64,000 nucleotides of DNA, taken from sequence record NC_061446.1; one strand, written 5' to 3'. This document shows positions 56,118 to 64,000 of the stretch, piece by piece. Within the stretch, counting starts at the first letter, position 1. Every line of letters starts with the position of its first letter. The position numbers were made by a program, and so were the translations under genes. The notes under the pieces were generated by a model, which saw only the letters and a list, made by a program, of their open reading frames with translations, was not told where the DNA came from and made no database searches.

Positions 56118-56575
56118 AAAAGTCAAAGGTAAGAATCAGCCGTGGAGGGTATCGACCCTCATCTCCAGAAGAGGCACAAAAGCTGGTGGCCGAGTTTATT
56201 CTCGGTACCATCGGAGTTAACCCGACTGTTATCAGTCAGCAAATGCTGTTGAACGTTGCGAACTACAATTACCTGACGTCTATCCCAGATACAGGTAAGG
56301 CTAATCAAGCGAACCAGAGCGCATTGCATAAAACTGTAAAAGAACTTAATGCGTTCTGTAGACTACACAAGATTCAACTGGGATTGCTAATTATGCCGCA
56401 TACGTCTGCCAGCGATTATGTTGGTGACGAGGTTGTAGCGATTCCGTGGGAGCATGTGCAGAAAAACGCATTGAGCCAGTCGGCCATCACATCTCTGTTT
56501 GAAACAGTTGAAGCTGATGGTTATCCGCAGTTTGTGACTGATGCGAAAACAGTAGAGGGATACAATGTTCTATGA
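56114..56575 (+). CDS. hypothetical protein
   Basis: ATGA overlap (MKKSKV). Confidence 0.75.
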   Translation: MKKSKVRISRGGYRPSSPEEAQKLVAEFILGTIGVNPTVISQQMLLNVANYNYLTSIPDTGKANQANQSALHKTVKELNAFCRLHKIQLGLLIMPHTSASDYVGDEVVAIPWEHVQKNALSQSAITSLFETVEADGYPQFVTDAKTVEGYNVL

Positions 56576-57845
56576 TCACGTATTCAACCACGACGAAAAG
56601 CAATTGCTTCTGTCGGTGGCTGAGTCTAAGTATCTGGTGCGGTTAGACTGCCCAGATTATTTGAAGAAGTCGAAACACGCAATTGAAGTTCGTCATACCG
56701 TAACCAACCGCGGCGAGCAACGCCGTAGCGGAACAATAACAACTGCGTTTGTGCCTCGTATTCATTCAGCAACCGTACAGCGTTTGGTGCGTGAAGTGCG
56801 CGACACTCAAAGCAAAAGCGCGTCGTCCAGTCTCGCTGCATTATTCGAGCTTGGACTTGGTGTACCGAAGCAGCACGATATTGCGGTATACCTGAAAGAC
56901 TACTGCCAGGAAAATGATAAGAAGGGTGTGGGTATCAAGTATATCCGCAAACTGATTAACGAGTACCACCGCAAGCACCGCCATAGTTTTGCAGGTAGTC
57001 GCTGGCTGATGCCTGCTGCATATACAGCGAACATGCTGAACATGCAGTCCTTCATTCATCTGAAAGAAGGTGGTTACTCGAAGAAAGTGAAGGTACCTGA
57101 CGGCATTCCCGTTGTGTTCATCTATCAGAACACCAACCACGAGAAAGCGACCTTTACTTTGTGTGACGCATTCACGATAAGCCCGCTCGGCTATCCGATG
57201 CCGTTCGCACAGATAGCTTTACGACCTGAGTTCAAAGCTGCACCGAAAGAGTTCAAGTCGAAAGCACTTCGTGGCAGAAGCATGTACGCGATGGTCATGG
57301 GCATTGTCTACTGGGAAGAAGGTGATGCGCTTGATAACTTCCGTGAGCTACAGGAAATTGACGACGACCCGTACCTGACGCTATTGACTAACGACAAGTA
57401 TGCTGATCGCCGTAGCCCTGAGTATCAGGAACTGCTGGACCAGCGCATTGCGTTAAACGAACAGGCGCCGAAGTGGAACGAGATTATTGCTAAGTACGGC
57501 AATACAACTCGCGTACTCAAGCCTGAGCAGGCAGAAAAGCTGGAACAAGCAAATGAGTTCTTCCAGCAGCGTAAAGAGTTCATGGACGCTTTCGACAAGT
57601 TCGAAAAGAAAGAGAACCATCACGCTGCGAAGCAATTTGCTGCGGCCAAAGCGCTGTTTGCTGCCGTTGATTGTGGCACTATCATGGACCGCACAACGTA
57701 CATGTCAGTGTCGTCCGGTCTTGACGATGTGAACAACATTCTCACCAAGTGGGGATTCACTACAGTCAACACTGTTAATAGTAGTTTGAAGAAGTCTATC
57801 CTTACTTACGACCGCAAAGGCGCAAGTCGCGTCTGGTCCCTGTAG
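56565..57845 (+). CDS. hypothetical protein (one Sel1-like segment)
   Basis: GAGGGA SD. LAALFELGLGVPKQHDIAVY. Confidence 0.8.
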   Translation: MFYDHVFNHDEKQLLLSVAESKYLVRLDCPDYLKKSKHAIEVRHTVTNRGEQRRSGTITTAFVPRIHSATVQRLVREVRDTQSKSASSSLAALFELGLGVPKQHDIAVYLKDYCQENDKKGVGIKYIRKLINEYHRKHRHSFAGSRWLMPAAYTANMLNMQSFIHLKEGGYSKKVKVPDGIPVVFIYQNTNHEKATFTLCDAFTISPLGYPMPFAQIALRPEFKAAPKEFKSKALRGRSMYAMVMGIVYWEEGDALDNFRELQEIDDDPYLTLLTNDKYADRRSPEYQELLDQRIALNEQAPKWNEIIAKYGNTTRVLKPEQAEKLEQANEFFQQRKEFMDAFDKFEKKENHHAAKQFAAAKALFAAVDCGTIMDRTTYMSVSSGLDDVNNILTKWGFTTVNTVNSSLKKSILTYDRKGASRVWSL

Positions 57846-57872
57846 ACAACATATCTGAGGAGATAATACAAC

Positions 57873-60800
57873 ATGTCTAATAATAATCTGGGCGCTGCTG
57901 CATCATTTGGTACCGAGACGCAAAAGCAAATCGCTAACGAACAGCGCCGCGCTAATTCGTCTGAAAGCGGTCATGTGAACAAATGCACCATCGTTGTTCT
58001 GACTGCGTTGAACGCGCATAACCGTTTCTCGTATCTGAGCGCGGACGAACAACTCTGTGAAAAGCCGATTGAAGGCAAAGTAATGGACCGTCTGCCGAAC
58101 CTGATCGAACGTGCATCCGGCGCGTCAACCGACCAGAACAGCGCGTACTACATTCTGCATCCGAACAACGGCGTACCGACTCGCATTGACGAGCGTATCA
58201 AAGTGGGTGAAGGTGACGCGGTCATTATTTCGTATACTGTAAATAAAGCAGTGTCAGAGATGCACGGCAGTTTGTCTCTCGCATTGTTTAGTGCGGGCGA
58301 AAGCGACCTTGCAGACCTGGCCGCCGAGTTTGGTATTCACGCCATCTCGATTGTTGAAGAAAGCAAAGCTGGTGGTTATATTCAAGCGCTTGCCGCACAG
58401 GTAGAAGCTCTGAATATTGTAAATATCACAAGCATTGATGAAACTGACGGCGCTCTCGATAAAGCAGTAATCGACTACAGCGCGTTGCCGGCCAATCCTG
58501 TTACTGTGCTGTCCGGCGCTGTGCGTACTTTCATCATGCAAACTATTAGCAGCGAAATCGTTGCTGCAATTCCAAATAACGGAGAAATGAACGTGAAACA
58601 ACCTACCAACTCAACGCCTGTCGATCTGAACGAAGACTTCGACGCAGAAGACGAAGTTGTTGATCAGCAGGACGGCGGTGAAGACGAAGCTGCGGTCGGC
58701 ACGGACCTGTTTGGCTACAAGGCTGAAACGCTGAGTGTTGAGCAAATGTCCGAAGCGCTCGAAGCTATCGACTACGATCTGTCTGCTATGGACGAAGACG
58801 GCATCCGCGAATCGTTCGAAACTGAGCAGGCCATCTGGCTGGCAAAATCTGATGACGCCGCTGCTGATGAAGCAGACGACGCCGAAGACGAGGAAGAAGA
58901 AGAGGACGACGAAGACGAAGAAGGCTTCGACGCTGTTCAGTTCCTCGCTTCTCTGCTGATGGCCGAAGACTTCGACCGCGATGCGCTGAAAGTCCTGATC
59001 CGCACTCAAGACCTGAAGGTAATGAAGTCGGACACTGTTGAAACGCTGTCTGCTAAACTGCTGGAGCTGGTCGAAGGCGCAACCGAAGAAGAGATGTTTG
59101 AACTGATCAACACCTTCATCGACGCGCTGCAAGAGCGTGAAATCGGATGCCCGAACATGCTGGCAACCATCGCTGAGGAAGAAGACAGCGAAGAAGATGC
59201 CGATGAAGAAGACGGCGACGAAGAAGAAGAGGAAGATTCTGAGGAGGAGGAAGATGAAGACTCCGAAGAAGAAACCGAAGAAGACAGCGAAGAAGAAGAC
59301 GCTGACGAACTGCAAGACCAGATCGAAGCTGTTACCGACCCGCTTGACTACTTCCAGTTCCCAGGTGGCGCCCTGTCTGCTGAACAGCGCATGGCTGCTG
59401 TCGAAGCGATGGGCGAAAACGTTGAAGGTCTGACTATCGTTCAGGTAATGAAAGCGTTCACTCGCATTCAGGGCCAGACGAACGAAATCGCGGTAGAAGA
59501 AGATGCCGAGCTGTCTAACGTCGAACAACTGACAGCGCTGCTGGGCCAGTACGACGAAGCGACCGTGCAGCATGTCGCTGAAAGCCTGGGCATCCTCGTT
59601 GACGAATGCGAAACCGTTGACGAAATGATCGAAGCGATTGCAAACGGCGGTAACGAAGACGACTTCGCTGCTGTTGAAGAAATCGCAACCAACTACGGTG
59701 TTGACCTGTCCGAAGTTGCCGACGGCGAGGAGCTGGACTTTGTTGACGCTCTGCTGGCTGTGCTGCCTTCGTTCCTGAACGACGATGAAGTTGACGAGCA
59801 GGACGAAGACGAAGAAGACAGCGAAGAAGAAGACGCTGACGACGAAGAAGAAGACGCTGACGACGAAGATGAAGTCGAAGTCGAAGTCGAAGCTGAGAGC
59901 GACGCCACTGCTGAAAACGATCATCTGAAATTCGTTAAGTCTGTTGACACCTCCAATCGCGTCGGCCCGATGCTGACTGTCGATATGGACCAAACGCTGA
60001 TCATCAACTTCACTCTGACCGACGGTGACACCTACTCGCCGATTGAAAGCGAACTGTCTGACATTAACGGCTTCAACTACCGCTACCCGTTCAACCTGGG
60101 CAAAGCTGGTAAAGCACCGGGTGCGATGCATCTGCCGGCGCAGTCTCTGCTGGATATCATTGAGCGCACCAGCACTACGCGCTTCATGGCTAACCCGTCA
60201 ACGTTCGATGTTGCTGCGTGGGCTGAAAGCCTTGAAGCAACTCTGGAAGATGAAATCGCTTCCTCACTGTACGCCGGCCGCATCGAAGAAGGTCTGGACC
60301 CGAGCGAAGCTGGTCTGATTGTTGGTGACTTCATCGACGACGAAGAAATGCAGCAGGCGAGCGAACTCGGTTACATCGACGCTGACCAGTTCGACGAGCT
60401 GCAAGGTGATCATCTGCCGATTGCTGGTCTGTACAGTGCTAAGTCTCGCGTTCGTCCTGTGCAGGTTGATACTGCCCACGTCGCGCTGCACACCACTGTG
60501 ATGAACGTCGCTGTTCCTGGCTTCTGGGGTGACTCTGATGTTTCTCTGCTGGTGCAGGCTGCTGTTAACCGCGTTATCGCGCTGGCCGGTACTGTTGAAA
60601 ACATCCGTGTGTACGCTGGCTTCACGTTCGAATCTGCCGCACTGCTGAACAACGACCGCCTGTTTGCGGCGCTGACTGCTCTGCGCACTATGGAAGGCGT
60701 ACAGTCTTACTCTGCGGCTGACGCTGCAAACTTCGACGACGCCGAAGACGTGATCGAAGTAGCTAGTGCGCTCGACACCCGTGACCTGCCACTGTCTATT

Positions 60801-60917
60801 CTGTCTGGCGGTCTGGCTGCTGCAACGTTCGATAACGGTGGCGACCTGACTGTGCTGGTACAGTGTTCTCCGGAAGACGAAGAGTCCGAAGAAGAAGACG
60901 AAGGCGACGACGAGTAA
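57873..60917 (+). CDS. 1014-aa hyperacidic multidomain protein with repeated helical modules
   Basis: GAGGAG SD, several poly-E/D tracts separated by 30-40 aa helical repeats. Confidence 0.85.
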   Translation: MSNNNLGAAASFGTETQKQIANEQRRANSSESGHVNKCTIVVLTALNAHNRFSYLSADEQLCEKPIEGKVMDRLPNLIERASGASTDQNSAYYILHPNNGVPTRIDERIKVGEGDAVIISYTVNKAVSEMHGSLSLALFSAGESDLADLAAEFGIHAISIVEESKAGGYIQALAAQVEALNIVNITSIDETDGALDKAVIDYSALPANPVTVLSGAVRTFIMQTISSEIVAAIPNNGEMNVKQPTNSTPVDLNEDFDAEDEVVDQQDGGEDEAAVGTDLFGYKAETLSVEQMSEALEAIDYDLSAMDEDGIRESFETEQAIWLAKSDDAAADEADDAEDEEEEEDDEDEEGFDAVQFLASLLMAEDFDRDALKVLIRTQDLKVMKSDTVETLSAKLLELVEGATEEEMFELINTFIDALQEREIGCPNMLATIAEEEDSEEDADEEDGDEEEEEDSEEEEDEDSEEETEEDSEEEDADELQDQIEAVTDPLDYFQFPGGALSAEQRMAAVEAMGENVEGLTIVQVMKAFTRIQGQTNEIAVEEDAELSNVEQLTALLGQYDEATVQHVAESLGILVDECETVDEMIEAIANGGNEDDFAAVEEIATNYGVDLSEVADGEELDFVDALLAVLPSFLNDDEVDEQDEDEEDSEEEDADDEEEDADDEDEVEVEVEAESDATAENDHLKFVKSVDTSNRVGPMLTVDMDQTLIINFTLTDGDTYSPIESELSDINGFNYRYPFNLGKAGKAPGAMHLPAQSLLDIIERTSTTRFMANPSTFDVAAWAESLEATLEDEIASSLYAGRIEEGLDPSEAGLIVGDFIDDEEMQQASELGYIDADQFDELQGDHLPIAGLYSAKSRVRPVQVDTAHVALHTTVMNVAVPGFWGDSDVSLLVQAAVNRVIALAGTVENIRVYAGFTFESAALLNNDRLFAALTALRTMEGVQSYSAADAANFDDAEDVIEVASALDTRDLPLSILSGGLAAATFDNGGDLTVLVQCSPEDEESEEEDEGDDE

Positions 60918-60929
60918 TATCGTCTGATT

Positions 60930-60960
60930 GAGTGGCTCGAAAGGGCCACTCGCTTTTCTT
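60930..60960 (+). terminator. intrinsic terminator
   Basis: GAGTGGCTC-GAAA-GGGCCACTC then GCTTTTCTT. Confidence 0.75.
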
Positions 60961-60966
60961 GGGGAT

Positions 60967-60974
60967 CTGTAAAC
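60967..60974 (+). promoter_or_regulatory. CTGTAAAC box abutting ATG 60975
   Basis: Recurrent motif directly after a terminator. Confidence 0.55.
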
Positions 60975-61802
60975 ATGACACAAGAAGTAGACCACGGAGC
61001 TAACATCGTTCGGATGATTGGTGAGCGTGACGAAAAAATCCACACGCTTACTAACGAGCTTGCAGAAGCCGTAGGTGATAAGAAAGACGTGGAACACGTT
61101 TTAGAGGATGAGGTTCACAGCAACACAGTGTTGCGTGTCGCCCTTCAACGTAAGGTTCGCCAACACGCCACTGAAATCGCTCTGCGTGATGAACGCATTC
61201 GTGAAGTTACTGGATTCTGCAACGAGCAGACCGAAGAAGTTCGCGCTCTGAAAGCTGAACTCGAATCTGTAAAGAGTAAGCAAGAAGCGGCAAACCCGCT
61301 GCCTTTTGCTCTGCATATGATAATGTGTGCTGGCATCAACCACTACTACACAATCGTTATGCAACTCGCACACGGTACTGTAAATCGTGAAACGAATCGG
61401 GTGGCGCGAGACCTTGCCGAGCAGAACAAGTTGGACACGGTAGGTAAACAGCCTTCGCTTTATCGCTCTGTTGCAATGTATTGCTCTGCTGCTGGCACTG
61501 ACGTACCGCCGGGCGCAACGTTACGTGAATCGCTTAAAGCTCACATCGAAGCAAATATTGACCTGTTCCTGAAAGACCCGCAATTCGAAATCGCTCGCTC
61601 GATGTTACGCCTTGTGTGGGCAGCGAATAAGAAAGCGGCACATATGGGTTTCGGTGCGGGTAACATCTGCCGCTCATTCAACTGGATGCCTGCCGCAGAA
61701 GTTGGCAGTCTTGAAACACTGGATGATGAAGACGACTACGAAGAATTGTTCTGCGAGTCGCTTCAAACAATTTGTTTCGATTTGATTAATCATAGCTTTT
61801 AA
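60975..61802 (+). CDS. coiled-coil hypothetical protein
   Basis: Heptad-like N-terminal 110 aa. Confidence 0.8.
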   Translation: MTQEVDHGANIVRMIGERDEKIHTLTNELAEAVGDKKDVEHVLEDEVHSNTVLRVALQRKVRQHATEIALRDERIREVTGFCNEQTEEVRALKAELESVKSKQEAANPLPFALHMIMCAGINHYYTIVMQLAHGTVNRETNRVARDLAEQNKLDTVGKQPSLYRSVAMYCSAAGTDVPPGATLRESLKAHIEANIDLFLKDPQFEIARSMLRLVWAANKKAAHMGFGAGNICRSFNWMPAAEVGSLETLDDEDDYEELFCESLQTICFDLINHSF

Positions 61803-61806
61803 TAAT

Positions 61807-61839
61807 CTGTAAAAGTTACCTGTAATCGAAACTGTAAAC
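61807..61839 (+). promoter_or_regulatory. triple CTGTAA array
   Basis: CTGTAAAA 61807, CTGTAATC 61820 and CTGTAAAC 61832. Confidence 0.65.
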
Positions 61840-61897
61840 ACTAATTGAAGTTCGAACCGAGCGACAAGCTCACATTTATAAATACCGGAGCATTACA

Positions 61898-62443
61898 ATG
61901 GCTAAAGCATCAAAGAGCACCTCACTGACACCTACCCTGGTATCTCGCATCGCTAAGAAATCTGGTTCTATCAGCACTTCTAAAGTTAAGCCGACTGACC
62001 TGCCGCATGACATCCTGATCGAAGCTGTTCAGGCTGTTGAGCTGATTGGCTTTATCACTGACCGCACCGAGAACAGCGTAACCATCCGTCACAAACGCGG
62101 CCACGGTTCTTCTGCTCAGATCGTTTCTACCTTCGGCCCGAACCAGTTGCTGTCTGTGCTGGGCGAAGCTGGTTCTCACGGTAGCGTAGTTGCTCAAATC
62201 AATGCGCCGGTTCGTGAGTACAAAGGCTTCAAAGTTAAATATGTCGGCGCGATGATTCACGCGACCTCTGTTGAAACAGGCGAAGTGGTTCACATCAACA
62301 CCGCACTGCCGGGCTTCACCGTTCGCGCAACTGTAAACGAAAACGCGGCCGCTAAGAAGTACGGCATCGCTGCTCCGGCAAAAGCAAAGAAAGCTGAAAA
62401 AGGCGACAAGCCTGCGAAGCTGGTAAAGAAAGTAAAAAAGTAA
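61898..62443 (+). CDS. basic protein with K/A-rich tail
   Basis: GGAG SD, ends AKAKKAEKGDKPAKLVKKVKK. Confidence 0.85.
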   Translation: MAKASKSTSLTPTLVSRIAKKSGSISTSKVKPTDLPHDILIEAVQAVELIGFITDRTENSVTIRHKRGHGSSAQIVSTFGPNQLLSVLGEAGSHGSVVAQINAPVREYKGFKVKYVGAMIHATSVETGEVVHINTALPGFTVRATVNENAAAKKYGIAAPAKAKKAEKGDKPAKLVKKVKK

Positions 62444-62481
62444 TAAAGTCTGACGAAGACTTTTAACTGACTTTCTGAAAT

Positions 62482-62545
62482 CTGTAAACATTAAGTATGC
62501 AGCGAGATAAAATGTTCTCGCTGCCTGTATCTCGAATCTGTAAAT
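62482..62545 (+). promoter_or_regulatory. two CTGTAAAY boxes
   Basis: CTGTAAAC 62482 and CTGTAAAT 62538. The latter shares TAATTGAAG downstream with the 61832 copy. Confidence 0.65.
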
Positions 62546-62591
62546 CTTAATTGAAGCAACATCGCTTCTACTCAAACAGGAAAAACAAATC

Positions 62592-63392
62592 ATGGCTAAA
62601 GCTGCTAAAGCAACCGTAAACACCGCATCTCTGGTTCTGGCTAAAATGCTGGGTGTTGTAGTGGAAAACGCGACTGATAAAGAAATCGCTGCGCTGCTCG
62701 CATCTGCCGGTCTGACCGTGTCTGGTGGCAAAGTTGTTAAAGCTGACAAGGGCGGTAAAGCTGCTAAAGGCAAAAAGGCCAAGGCACCTACCGTCGCTGA
62801 AATCGTCGCTGCTGTGAAGGACGAAGAAGAACTGGACATCTCCGGCGTCGATGAAGACACTCTGCGCGAAGCAGTTGTCAAAGCCAAACTGTCTACCGCT
62901 AAGAAAGCTAAAGCGCTGGACGAAGACGACCTGCGCGATCTGCTGAACGAAAAGCTGGGCGGCGAGTCCGATGAGGACGAAGACGAAGAAGAAGAAGAGG
63001 AAGACGAAGACGAGGACGAAGAGTCCGACGACGAAGATGAAGACGGCGACGACGAAGAGGACGAAGACGACGACTCTGATGATGAAGAAGAGGACGAAGA
63101 CGACGAAGACGAAGACGGCGACGATGAAGACGAAGAGGACGACGAAGACGAGGAAGATGAAGACGAAGACGAGGATGAAGACCTCGACCTCGACTCCCTC
63201 GACGAAGACGAACTCCGCGCGCTGGTAATCGAACACAAGCTGGCGACTGCCAAGAAAGCGAAAAAGATGGACGAAGATGAACTGCGCGAACTCTGCGAAG
63301 AACACTTCGGCGGTGAAGACGACGAAGACGAAGAAGAAGACGAAGACGACGAAGACTTCGACGATGAAGACGAAGACGAAGACGACGAGTAA
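62592..63392 (+). CDS. polyampholyte protein with two HeH-like modules and poly-D/E tracts
   Basis: CAGGA SD. DEDTLREAVVKAKL..KKAKALDEDDLRDLL and DEDELRALVIEHKL..KKAKKMDEDELRELC. Confidence 0.85.
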   Translation: MAKAAKATVNTASLVLAKMLGVVVENATDKEIAALLASAGLTVSGGKVVKADKGGKAAKGKKAKAPTVAEIVAAVKDEEELDISGVDEDTLREAVVKAKLSTAKKAKALDEDDLRDLLNEKLGGESDEDEDEEEEEEDEDEDEESDDEDEDGDDEEDEDDDSDDEEEDEDDEDEDGDDEDEEDDEDEEDEDEDEDEDLDLDSLDEDELRALVIEHKLATAKKAKKMDEDELRELCEEHFGGEDDEDEEEDEDDEDFDDEDEDEDDE

Positions 63393-63442
63393 TAACTTCT
63401 GATCCGGCGCGCCCCTCTAGTTCTGCTGAATGAGCGAGGGGC

Positions 63443-63470
63443 AAATATTCGATAAAACTTTCGAATATTT
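63443..63470. promoter_or_regulatory. perfect 10-bp inverted repeat (operator-like)
   Basis: AAATATTCGA-N8-TCGAATATTT upstream of an AT-rich promoter region with TATAAT. Confidence 0.5.
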
Positions 63471-63607
63471 TTGTAAAAAGTTTTAAAAATCCTTGTAGAC
63501 CTATGTTGAATATAATAATGTACGTCTACAGGGAAACAAACCTGAACAAATTTATCTTTCATCCAGCGGTGAAAAACGCCGCATCAAATATAAAGTAAGG
63601 ATATCGT

Positions 63608-64000
63608 ATGTCTAAGAAAATCATCAGCGGCCTGAACAAAGAAATCAAAGCCCTGGACAAATCTGAAAAAGCCCTGGTTAAAACTGCTGCCGGTCTGAAC
63701 AAAGAAGCCGAAGCGATTGCTGCACGTCGCGAAGGCCTGGCTGCTCAGGTTGAAGCGCTGGCGAGCGGTGGTGAAGCTGCTCCGGCTAAAGCAAAAGGCA
63801 AAGCGGCTAAAGCTGAGAAAGCTGCTAAGCCTGCTAAAGCAGAAAAAGCTGGTAAGAAAGCAAAAGCTGAAAAGCCGGCCAAAGCTGAAAAAGCTGGCAA
63901 GAAAGCTAAAGCAGAAAAACCTGCTAAAGCTGAGAAAGCCGCAAAAGCTGAAAAGCCTGCTAAAGCAGACAAAAAAGCAAAAGCTGAAAAGCCGGCGAAA
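63608..64000 (+). CDS. histone H1-like / AlgP-like PAK-repeat protein (runs off the window edge)
   Basis: TAAGGA SD. MSKKIISGLNKEIKALDK coiled coil, then AKAEKPAKAEKAGKKAKAEKPAK repeats, open to 64000. Not in the ORF track. Confidence 0.85.
   Translation, partial: MSKKIISGLNKEIKALDKSEKALVKTAAGLNKEAEAIAARREGLAAQVEALASGGEAAPAKAKGKAAKAEKAAKPAKAEKAGKKAKAEKPAKAEKAGKKAKAEKPAKAEKAAKAEKPAKADKKAKAEKPAK

Noticed and set aside
56820-56900. Sel1/TPR repeat protein call for 56565
   Set aside because: Only one Sel1-like segment is visible, which is not enough to call a repeat protein.
57873-58590. DHFR-like fold in the N-terminus of the 1014-aa protein
   Set aside because: Only a vague beta/alpha pattern. 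The conserved DHFR motifs (IG..g.LPW, MGRKT, GG..iY) are absent.
61922-63562. 546-aa minus-strand Ser-rich ORF and other antisense ORFs (58611-60131, 9440-10402, 48148-49287, 10827-11690)
   Set aside because: Poly-Ser/Phe shadows of acidic or basic plus-strand genes. They conflict with the uniform plus-strand operon structure.

Overview
This is a 64 kb segment of a large lytic (jumbo-type) dsDNA phage genome of an enterobacterial host. An AmsF/WceF-like enzyme and a YbiI homologue point to Erwinia/Pantoea-like hosts, and gene content recalls the Y3/Alexandra/JA-type myoviruses (inference only, no search run). Apart from a DNA primase gene running off the left edge on the minus strand (missing from the supplied ORF track), about 100 densely packed genes lie on the plus strand. 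From left to right: (1) a replication/recombination/transcription block with primase, Cas4-like exonuclease, SWIM protein, metallophosphoesterase, Acb1-like 2H phosphodiesterase, sigma70-like factor, gp32-like SSB and RecA/UvsX with a 343-aa intein; (2) MEIYVSLS-start proteins and an AmsF-like glycan enzyme; (3) about 33 kb of early/accessory genes, including RHH and XRE regulators, a DUF6939/NADAR-like protein, GNAT, KptA/Tpt1, radical SAM, YbiI/TraR, UvsE, dUTPase, SLT transglycosylase and an HD hydrolase; (4) an about 11 kb island of proteins with extreme acidic and basic low-complexity blocks and a shared helix-extension-helix module, ending in an H1-like protein. Two promoter classes can be read from the sequence: ten sigma70-type promoters with a fixed-spacing upstream box (AAATAACTGGWCAAAA-like), and a recurrent CTGTAAAY box that may be read by the phage sigma, which lacks a region 4.2 helix-turn-helix. 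Several non-coding structured RNA candidates are present, including a GGA-rich CsrB/RsmB-like stretch next to the amsF-like gene. I found no tRNA, rRNA, CRISPR array or integrase. Motif counts were made by eye, and family assignments come from motif recognition rather than database searches.
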